Program-made: the position numbers and the translations under genes
NCBI GenBank assembly: GCA_043812855.1
Contig: JBDRLR010000076.1
Span: 1-41,391, forward strand
Length of the DNA: 41,391 nucleotides
Direction of reading: 5' to 3'
Origin: Nanobdellota archaeon
Lineage (GTDB): Archaea; Nanobdellota; Nanobdellia; Woesearchaeales; JAHJEM01
Shown here: positions 25,975 to 32,052 of the stretch, in pieces
Position numbering within the stretch: position 1 is the first letter of the stretch
Layout: the number at the start of each line of letters is the position of its first letter
The notes under the pieces: generated by a model
The model's input: the letters and a program-made list of their open reading frames with translations, nothing else
Databases searched by the model: none
What the model was told of the DNA's origin: nothing

Positions 25975-26195
25975 GCAAGAAACGAGCGAGCGGGCGTGTA
26001 TCGGAATCCACGAATGTACCCATCCCGACGGCAGTCATGACGGACCGATCGCTGAGCATCATGGAATCCATCGTCGAGCACCTCATGAGCAAAGGATACA
26101 CCTACCGAGAACTTGGAATCCTGCTGAATCGCGACGAGCGAACCATCTGGACTGTCGCCCATCGGGCAAAGCAGAAGCGCGCCACACAGCGATGA
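25971..26195 (+). CDS. small helix-turn-helix DNA-binding protein (HTH2), paralogue of HTH1
   Basis: IMESIVEHLMSKGYTYRELGILLNRDERTIWTVAHRAKQKR. The ATG overlaps the upstream stop (ATGA). Confidence 0.8.
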   Translation: MSKKRASGRVSESTNVPIPTAVMTDRSLSIMESIVEHLMSKGYTYRELGILLNRDERTIWTVAHRAKQKRATQR

Positions 26196-26214
26196 TACTT
26201 ACACTGTAAGTATC
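26194..26214. promoter_or_regulatory. perfect 21-bp palindrome GATACTTACA-C-TGTAAGTATC (putative HTH operator and/or terminator hairpin)
   Basis: It starts inside the HTH2 stop codon and shares its core with the four sites at 15181-15302. Confidence 0.5.
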
Positions 26215-26223
26215 GAGCTCCTG

Positions 26224-26252
26224 TTTTTTTCCGATGACGACGGTGGAAAAAA
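26224..26252 (+). terminator. T7 tract plus TTTTTTCC...GGAAAAAA hairpin after HTH2
   Basis: A T7 run at 26224-26230 is followed by an inverted repeat partner at 26245-26252. Confidence 0.45.
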
Positions 26253-26257
26253 GAAAG

Positions 26258-26267
26258 ATATTTATAG
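26258..26267 (+). promoter_or_regulatory. TATA box for the second surface operon
   Basis: ATATTTATAG. The downstream leader carries GGGTG (26312-26316) 6 nt before TTG 26323. Confidence 0.4.
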
Positions 26268-26322
26268 TATGAGGCCGAATGACAACATACATCAATAATC
26301 AAAACTAGAGTGGGTGTAAACA

Positions 26323-26568
26323 TTGAGAGACCAAAGTGACGTATCGAAGCGGACCATCGTTGTCCTGGTCGTCCTGGTCACTGTGCTCACCATTCTTGGT
26401 TCCCTGAGCGTGCTCAAAACCCTCGAGGACTTCAAACAGACGCAGAGCAGGTCAATGACTGAAGAAGGATCAGCACAACAGGTCGGACACGTCAGCATCC
26501 GCGTCATCGATGAGACTGAAGGAACGGACACCGCGACCGGCCGAGTACTGCTCTACGTAGGTGACTAA
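26323..26568 (+). CDS. 81-aa N-terminally anchored small protein (hypothetical)
   Basis: TTG 26323 is the only in-frame start. Basic N-terminus plus hydrophobic helix (SKRTIVVLVVLVTVLTILGSL), then a short beta-rich tail (GHVSIRVIDE..GRVLLYVGD). AGGTGA near its 3' end serves the next gene. Confidence 0.5.
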   Translation: MRDQSDVSKRTIVVLVVLVTVLTILGSLSVLKTLEDFKQTQSRSMTEEGSAQQVGHVSIRVIDETEGTDTATGRVLLYVGD

Positions 26569-26569
26569 C

Positions 26570-27236
26570 ATGGACATGTCGAATAGAACCCTTTCCGCGC
26601 TCCTCGTCGCGGCCATCGTACTCACTCTTGGGGCAAGCATCATCAGCCTTCAACAGCTCGGAAACGTGCTCGGTCCCACCGGATTCGCCACGTCAAGCAC
26701 AGGCATGGTGAACCTGACCATCCTCAGCCAGACCGACATCACACTCACTGGAGACAATATCGACTTCGGATCAGGAGTCGTCAACAGTTCATCTGCATGC
26801 AACAACGCCACCCTGCACTCCAACGGCAGCGGCGTGAACACCGACGCATGCTGGGTCAACCAATCACTCACACCCAACAGCGCCATCCCTGCAACCGAGG
26901 CCAAATTCATCCTCAACAACTCAGGAAATGTCAACATCTCAATCACAATGGACAGCGTCAAGAACAACGCGACCAACTTCATGGGGAACAGCACCGTCAT
27001 CCGACGCGCTCTACCAGTACACGGTCAACCACAACGGAAGCGGACAGCCCTGCCAGACCACGCTCGCGACGGGATGGAACAACTTCTCCGCGAGCGCGAC
27101 CATGGGCGTGTGCGGCGAACTCTTCTGGGAAGACGGTAGGGACGCCGTCGCCGTGGCCATCCTGGTCCGCATCCCTGAAGACGTCGAACGAGGATACAAA
27201 AGCGACAATCTGACATTCACGTCGGCGCAGGCATAG
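26570..27236 (+). pseudogene. beta-rich secreted small subunit, copy 1, interrupted by a +1 frameshift
   Basis: ORFs 26561-27139 and 26928-27236 together align end-to-end with 28921-29598. There is one extra C at 27001/27002 (ATCCGACGC versus ATCGACGC in the paralogue). ATG 26570 follows AGGTGA. Confidence 0.7.
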
Positions 27237-27241
27237 GTGCG

Positions 27242-28444
27242 ATGATGGGCGCACAACTATATACTCGTTCCATCACAGTATGCTTATTAGTCCTCTTCTT
27301 GTTCGTCCAGGGAACCTCAGCGATAGGCCTGCGAGGAGTCACGCTCAAGGACGAGATCTTCTTCCAACCAGGGATAGTGAGGGAATATGACTTCCTCCTG
27401 TATGCCAACGCAGGATTCACGCAGGACTACGAATTCTACGTGCGCATGTTCGAAGGAGACGACCTGACGCAATACGTCACGCTCGACAAGACCTATGTGG
27501 AGGACGTCGGGAGCGGTGGCAACGTCCCATTCCATGCCACACTGCGGCTACCTGACAAGATCGAGCACCCAGGCATCCACGACATCCGCATCGGCGTGAG
27601 GGAGACTGAAGTGGCGGGCGGCGGCGCGATCGGAGCGAAGACCGGAAGCGAAGCGCGAGTCATCATCTACGTCCTCTACCCTGACCCCTATCTCATCAGC
27701 CAATTCAACGCACGCAGCTTCAACGTCGACGAAGCAGGAGACTTCACATTCCAGATCAGCAACTTCGGCGAACCCTCAGTCATCGTCAACGGCGTCGTCG
27801 ACATCTACGACGCCGACGACAAGCACGTGACGACGGTCAGAAGCGAGAACCAACGCATCGAGCCCACCAAGAAGGTCCAGCTGCCTGTCCGCCTCGACAC
27901 CAAAGGCATGGTCCCGGGCCTCTACCGCGCCGAAGCCGACCTGTTCTGGGCCGCGAACGTGACCAACTTCACCACATACTTCAAGGTGGGCGACCTGAGT
28001 GTCAAAGTCGTCAACCACACAAAGGAAGTCAAGGCCGACGCCATCAGCAGCTTCATCATCTCCATCGAAAGCGGATGGAACAACAGGATCAAGGACATCT
28101 ACGGCATTGTCACCGTCCGCGACGCGCAAGGCGGAAAACTCAAGGAATTCAAGACCGTCAACACCGACCTTGATCCCTGGCAGCCCAAGGAATTGCAAGG
28201 ATACTTTGACGCCGACGGACTCGCGCCAGGGACATACCCCATCGACATCACGCTCTTCTACGAAGGCCTGCAGACCGTCGAACACGGAGAGGTCCTCGTC
28301 AGCGAAGACGCCCAAGTCGAGACATTCGAAGAGATACCAGGACAACCGAGCCTTCTTAGCATGCAGACACTGCTGATCATCGTGGTCTGCCTGCTCGTCG
28401 CCATCCTCGTCGCCCTCGCCGTCCTCGTCATCAGGAGGCGATGA
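27242..28444 (+). CDS. membrane-anchored multi-Ig (CARDB/PapD-like) surface protein, copy 2
   Basis: Signal peptide ..LFLFVQGTSA, beta-sandwich modules, and C-terminal IPGQPSLLSMQTLLIIVVCLLVAILVALAVLVIRRR. Paralogue of 24595-25974. AGGTG lies just upstream of the ATG. Confidence 0.85.
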   Translation: MMGAQLYTRSITVCLLVLFLFVQGTSAIGLRGVTLKDEIFFQPGIVREYDFLLYANAGFTQDYEFYVRMFEGDDLTQYVTLDKTYVEDVGSGGNVPFHATLRLPDKIEHPGIHDIRIGVRETEVAGGGAIGAKTGSEARVIIYVLYPDPYLISQFNARSFNVDEAGDFTFQISNFGEPSVIVNGVVDIYDADDKHVTTVRSENQRIEPTKKVQLPVRLDTKGMVPGLYRAEADLFWAANVTNFTTYFKVGDLSVKVVNHTKEVKADAISSFIISIESGWNNRIKDIYGIVTVRDAQGGKLKEFKTVNTDLDPWQPKELQGYFDADGLAPGTYPIDITLFYEGLQTVEHGEVLVSEDAQVETFEEIPGQPSLLSMQTLLIIVVCLLVAILVALAVLVIRRR

Positions 28445-28881
28445 TGAAGAGACGAGACGTGATCGTCCTGCTGGTGCTGGTCGCCGTGCTCGCATATGGC
28501 CTGACCAGCATGTTCTATCTGTGGCTCGGTCCCGCCGGACAGCATCGGATCCTCGGAGGCGAGACGGTCAACGTGACGCTCAGCATCACACCCTACCGTC
28601 AGATGAACTTCAACGCCAACACCGACGGACTCCACTTCGACGGAGTCCCCCAAGGGAGCTCCGCGCGCAAATACATCACCCTGACCAACATCCGAACCGT
28701 GCCAGTCAACGTCGAAGTCGCGATCACCGGAAACATCACGGCGTTCATGATCGCATACCCCTCATCATTCTCATTGGATCCTGGGACGTCCGCAAACATC
28801 ACAGTCTCAGTCGATGTCCCCTCCGAAGCGGAAGCGGCAAGCTACGATGGAAGTCTCATCATCGTCTACCGTCACACATAA
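28441..28881 (+). CDS. N-terminally anchored single Ig-domain protein (PapD/MSP/ASH-like pattern)
   Basis: ATG overlaps the upstream stop (ATGA), with AGGAGG at 28433-28438. TM VIVLLVLVAVLAYGL. Then FDGVPQGSSARKYITLTNIRTVPVNVEV..FSLDPGTSANITVSVDVP..YDGSLIIVY. Confidence 0.75.
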   Translation: MMKRRDVIVLLVLVAVLAYGLTSMFYLWLGPAGQHRILGGETVNVTLSITPYRQMNFNANTDGLHFDGVPQGSSARKYITLTNIRTVPVNVEVAITGNITAFMIAYPSSFSLDPGTSANITVSVDVPSEAEAASYDGSLIIVYRHT

Positions 28882-28890
28882 AACGCAATG

Positions 28891-28898
28891 TTTATATA
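28891..28898 (+). promoter_or_regulatory. TATA box for small-subunit copy 2
   Basis: TTTATATA is centred ~26 nt upstream of ATG 28921 (leaderless). Confidence 0.5.
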
Positions 28899-28920
28899 CC
28901 TGAATCATCGAAGCTGAAGC

Positions 28921-29598
28921 ATGGTCAGCAACCGTGCGCTCTCGCTTCTCATCGTCGCTGCGGTCGTCATCTCTGTGGGCGGGCAGATTTGGAGCGTCAA
29001 CCAGATACAATCCGCACGAATCCTGACACCAGGCCTCCCCACAGGCTACGCGGTCGCCGCGACAGGCATGGTGAACCTGACCATCCTCAGCCAGACCGAC
29101 ATCACACTCTCCGGCGACGTCATCGACTTCGGCACCGGCGTCGTCAACAGCTCGTCAGGATGCAACAACGCCACCCTGCACTCCAACGGCACCGGCGTCA
29201 ACACCGACGCATGCTGGGTCAACCAATCACTCACCCCCAACAGCGCTATCCCTGCGACACAAGCCAAGTTCATACTGAACAACTCAGGCAACGTCAACAT
29301 CTCCATCACGCTCGATAGCATCAAGAACAACGCCACCAACTTCCTCGGCAACAGCACCATCATCGACGCATTCTACCAGTACACTGTCAACCAGAACGGA
29401 AGCGGACAGCCCTGCCAGACCACGCTCGCGACGGGATGGAACAACTTCTCCGCAAGCAGTACGATGAGCGTGTGCGGCGAACTCTTCTGGGAAGACGGCA
29501 AAGACGCGGTCAACGTCGCCATCCTGGTCCGCATCCCCGAAGACGTCGAACGCGGATACAAGAACGACAACCTGACCTTCACGTCAGCCCAGGCATAG
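28921..29598 (+). CDS. beta-rich secreted small subunit, copy 2 (intact)
   Basis: N-terminal MVSNRALSLLIVAAVVISVGG. Then GMVNLTILSQTDITLSGDVIDFGTG..FILNNSGNVNISITLD..ELFWEDGKDAVNVAILVRIPEDVERGYKNDNLTF. Long stretches are nucleotide-identical to copy 1. It resembles the giant protein's C-terminal domain. Confidence 0.8.
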   Translation: MVSNRALSLLIVAAVVISVGGQIWSVNQIQSARILTPGLPTGYAVAATGMVNLTILSQTDITLSGDVIDFGTGVVNSSSGCNNATLHSNGTGVNTDACWVNQSLTPNSAIPATQAKFILNNSGNVNISITLDSIKNNATNFLGNSTIIDAFYQYTVNQNGSGQPCQTTLATGWNNFSASSTMSVCGELFWEDGKDAVNVAILVRIPEDVERGYKNDNLTFTSAQA

Positions 29599-29612
29599 GC
29601 CCGAGGGCAAAA

Positions 29613-29620
29613 ATATATAA
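29613..29620 (+). promoter_or_regulatory. TATA box for Cys-repeat membrane protein gene
   Basis: ATATATAA is centred ~27 nt upstream of ATG 29644 (leaderless). Confidence 0.5.
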
Positions 29621-29643
29621 ACGCACATCAGGCAAGGCCCTCT

Positions 29644-31587
29644 ATGAAAAATGGCGGAATGCTCGTCGTGACACTTCTTCTCCTTGGCTTCGCCATCACC
29701 AGCAACGCCTACATCGTCATCAAGACCAAACAGATCACAGGCGCGGCGGTCGGAGAAGTGAGACTGTGCATCAACAACAAACCCGCAATGAGCAACCCTT
29801 GCTCGACATCCATGACGCAAGGCATCTACTTCAGCTGCAACGTCAACGGAAGCGACTACGACAACGATACGCTGACGTACAGCTCCACCTTCCTTTCCAG
29901 CCCGACCGTCTTCACCATCCGTAGCAACGGCACCATCGCCGTGACGCCGACCAACGCCGATGTGGGCAACCACACCGCCAACATCACCCTCGCCGACGAC
30001 GTCGGATGCCCAGACAACTCAGCATGGGAACTGTACCGCTTCGACGTCTCGAACGTCAACGACCCGCCCATCCTCACCCAGACTATCCCCGACCAAAGCC
30101 TCACCGAAGGAGTGAGGACCAGCGTCTTCTTCCTCACCGACCACTTCACCGACCCCGACGGAGACGCTATGACATTCACCGCATCCATCACCAGCGCATA
30201 CGAAATCACGATCCTCGCCAGCGGAGAAGTCCAGATGCTCGTGGAAGACTGCCAGGACACCACAGAATACGTCATCTTCACCGCAACCGACCCCTACAAC
30301 GCCACGACCGACAGCAACGTCGTCGAACTCACCTGCACCCAAGCAGGAAGCGGTGGAGGCGGTGGAGGCGGCGGAGGTGGAGGTGGAGGCGGAGGCAGCG
30401 GAGCCATCTCTGAGTGCGAATCAGAACTCTACTGCAACGCATGGTCGAACTGCAGCATCTACGCAACACAACAGCGACGATGCTACGACATCGGCGGATG
30501 CAAGGACGACATCTTCCTGCGACGCGCATGCCTCTACGCGGACACCTGCACCAACGGAGTCTGGGACACGGGAGAGCTTGGCGTCGACTGCGGCGGCCCC
30601 TGCGACGCGTGCGGCACCTGTAGCGACGGCATCCGCAACCAAGGAGAGCTTGGCGTCGACTGCGGCGGCTCCTGCGACGCGTGCGCCACCTGCTACGACG
30701 GGACGCAGAACCAAGACGAAGAAGGCGTCGACTGCGGCGGCTCCTGCGCCGCATGCGGGACGTGCGGCGACGGCATCAAGAACAACGACGAGACATCGAT
30801 CGACTGCGGCGGCTCCTGCGCGCCCTGCACAGAATTCCAGACACCAGGCATATTCGCGCTGCAATCCATCGTCGTACGGCTGCTCATGATCATGTCCATC
30901 ATCCTCATCCTGCTCGCGCTGCTCGCCCTCTTCGCCCGCAAGTGGCTACGCAAGACCCTGCAGAAGCTCGGCCTGATCAAAGACCACGTCAAATCCATCC
31001 TGCTCACCCCTGAGAAGAAACAGCAATTCCTCGAGAGGATCTATACGGTGGAGTCCGCCATCCCCTCCGTGTCGGGCAAGGACAACCAGGAAGCCGTGCT
31101 CTCCCTTCTCATAGACCTCTTCTCCGAGATGCTCAAGACACCTCGCGGCGTCACGCAAGCGGAACTGGACCGCATACTCCACACCCTGCCTCTGCAGGAA
31201 GACACGCGAAAACTGCTCATCCGCTTCGCCGCCCTCATCCACCTGCTCGAAGCCTCCAGGCTCAACGCCGACGAATGGGAAGTGAGGTCATGGACCGAGC
31301 AAGCCCGAACGCTTGTCGCCTGCGTGGCTCACTGCACATCAGATGACTTCAAACGCACCACCAGTCACGTGGAGATCGAAGCGAAAGGAGAGGCGCCGGT
31401 GCAATTCGCCCGACGCGTGGTCGATATGCTCATCGCCCTGCAGTTCCGCGAATACAGCCTTGCCGCAAAGAAATACCTGGTCCTGCAAGGCAAGTACGAC
31501 ACCCTGAGCGAACCGCGAAAGACCAGGGCTTACGCGGACCTCTATCGCTCGTTCACCATGATCGAGTATCTGCAGAAGTACGAATAG
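29644..31587 (+). CDS. single-pass membrane protein: cadherin-like ectodomains, Gly15 hinge, 4 Cys-rich repeats, TM, ~215-aa helical cytoplasmic domain
   Basis: Signal peptide MLVVTLLLLGFAITSNA. Cadherin-like modules with a VNDPPIL linker. A 15-residue Gly run. Four repeats of the form ..GE.GVDCGG.C.AC.TC. TM IVVRLLMIMSIILILLALLALFA. The C-terminal helical domain resembles 35734-36351. Confidence 0.85.
   Translation: MKNGGMLVVTLLLLGFAITSNAYIVIKTKQITGAAVGEVRLCINNKPAMSNPCSTSMTQGIYFSCNVNGSDYDNDTLTYSSTFLSSPTVFTIRSNGTIAVTPTNADVGNHTANITLADDVGCPDNSAWELYRFDVSNVNDPPILTQTIPDQSLTEGVRTSVFFLTDHFTDPDGDAMTFTASITSAYEITILASGEVQMLVEDCQDTTEYVIFTATDPYNATTDSNVVELTCTQAGSGGGGGGGGGGGGGGGSGAISECESELYCNAWSNCSIYATQQRRCYDIGGCKDDIFLRRACLYADTCTNGVWDTGELGVDCGGPCDACGTCSDGIRNQGELGVDCGGSCDACATCYDGTQNQDEEGVDCGGSCAACGTCGDGIKNNDETSIDCGGSCAPCTEFQTPGIFALQSIVVRLLMIMSIILILLALLALFARKWLRKTLQKLGLIKDHVKSILLTPEKKQQFLERIYTVESAIPSVSGKDNQEAVLSLLIDLFSEMLKTPRGVTQAELDRILHTLPLQEDTRKLLIRFAALIHLLEASRLNADEWEVRSWTEQARTLVACVAHCTSDDFKRTTSHVEIEAKGEAPVQFARRVVDMLIALQFREYSLAAKKYLVLQGKYDTLSEPRKTRAYADLYRSFTMIEYLQKYE
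30352..30396 (+). repeat. (GGN)15 simple repeat encoding a poly-glycine hinge
   Basis: ggt gga ggc ggt gga ggc ggc gga ggt gga ggt gga ggc gga ggc. A second (GGN)9 tract lies at 34985-35011 in the 1232-aa protein. Confidence 0.9.
30547..30834 (+). repeat. 4 x 72-nt tandem repeat encoding 24-aa Cys-rich modules
   Basis: GACTGCGGCGG recurs at 30586, 30658, 30730 and 30802, an exact 72-nt period. Consensus: C-x-(D/N)G-x-x-(N/D)-x-x-E-x-(G/S)(V/I)DCGG-x-C-x-x-C. Confidence 0.9.
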
Positions 31588-31627
31588 TCCAATTCTGGAG
31601 TTATAGAGTCTGTGCCCTAGGAAAACA

Positions 31628-31692
31628 TTTATAAATTAGCGAAGTAAAGGGTGTTCGTTAGCCTCGTGAGCTTCGCGAACTTAGCGAACTTA
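31628..31692 (+). promoter_or_regulatory. TATA box plus repeated TTAGCGAA / GCGAACTTA sites upstream of the RHH genes
   Basis: TTTATAAAT at 31628-31636. TTAGCGAA at 31636-31643 and 31681-31688; TTCGCGAA at 31672-31679. Perfect tandem GCGAACTTA-GCGAACTTA at 31675-31692. Confidence 0.4.
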
Positions 31693-31708
31693 CTTGGGTG
31701 TTTTGACG

Positions 31709-31828
31709 ATGGGAAACATCAACATCGAAATCCCCGACGACCTCCACCAGAAGCTCAAGCTAGGCTCTGTCCTTCGCGACCGCAGCCTCAAAGACCACAT
31801 CATCGACCTTCTCGATCCCCATGGTTAA
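31709..31828 (+). CDS. 39-aa ribbon-helix-helix (CopG/Arc-like) protein, copy A
   Basis: MGNINIEIPDDLHQKLKLGSVLRDRSLKDHIIDLLDPHG follows a strand-helix-turn-helix pattern. Not in the ORF track (under 60 aa). GGGTG lies 8 nt upstream. The stop overlaps the ATG of copy B. Confidence 0.6.
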   Translation: MGNINIEIPDDLHQKLKLGSVLRDRSLKDHIIDLLDPHG

Positions 31829-31958
31829 CATCAACATCCAGATCCCTGACGATCTGCACAAACGGCTGAAACTGCAAGCAGTCGAAGAGAACAAGACGCT
31901 CAAAGCGCATATCATAGCACTACTCCAACATGGCACACATCAACATCCAGATCCCTGA
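31821..31958 (+). CDS. 45-aa ribbon-helix-helix protein, copy B
   Basis: MVNINIQIPDDLHKRLKLQAVEENKTLKAHIIALLQHGTHQHPDP. Its ATG lies within ..CCCCATGGTTAA of copy A. It shares an identical 34-mer with copy C. Confidence 0.6.
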   Translation: MVNINIQIPDDLHKRLKLQAVEENKTLKAHIIALLQHGTHQHPDP

Positions 31959-32052
31959 CGATCTGCACAAGAAACTCAAGCTCGAAGCGGTCAAGGCAGG
32001 CCGCACGCTCAAAGAACACATTATCACGATACTCGAACATGGCCAGAACTAG
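31930..32052 (+). CDS. 40-aa ribbon-helix-helix protein, copy C
   Basis: MAHINIQIPDDLHKKLKLEAVKAGRTLKEHIITILEHGQN. Its 3' end (CATGGCCAGAACTAG) contains the ATG (32039) of the 1232-aa surface protein. Confidence 0.6.
   Translation: MAHINIQIPDDLHKKLKLEAVKAGRTLKEHIITILEHGQN

Noticed and set aside
28320-28444. PGF-CTERM/archaeosortase-like sorting signals: IPGQ, IPGN or TPGI just before the TM helices of 27242-28444, 32039-35737 and 29644-31587.
   Set aside because: The motif is not PGF. One of the three proteins continues with a ~215-aa cytoplasmic domain. No archaeosortase gene is visible.
28921-28990. Class III (type IV pilin-like) signal peptide in the small subunits: SNR-A-LSLLIVAAVVI fits the [KR][GA][LIV..] pattern.
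   Set aside because: The paralogue has T, and the neighbouring small proteins have T or D, at the critical -1 position. No prepilin peptidase, PilB/FlaI ATPase or PilC/FlaJ gene is in the window. An ordinary Sec signal or anchor is equally consistent. It is kept only as an alternative to test.
18308-30834. Possible CRISPR array among the repeated sequences.
   Set aside because: All repeats are in-frame coding tandem duplications (315-nt, 72-nt and GGN tracts) without the short-repeat/unique-spacer architecture. No cas genes are present.
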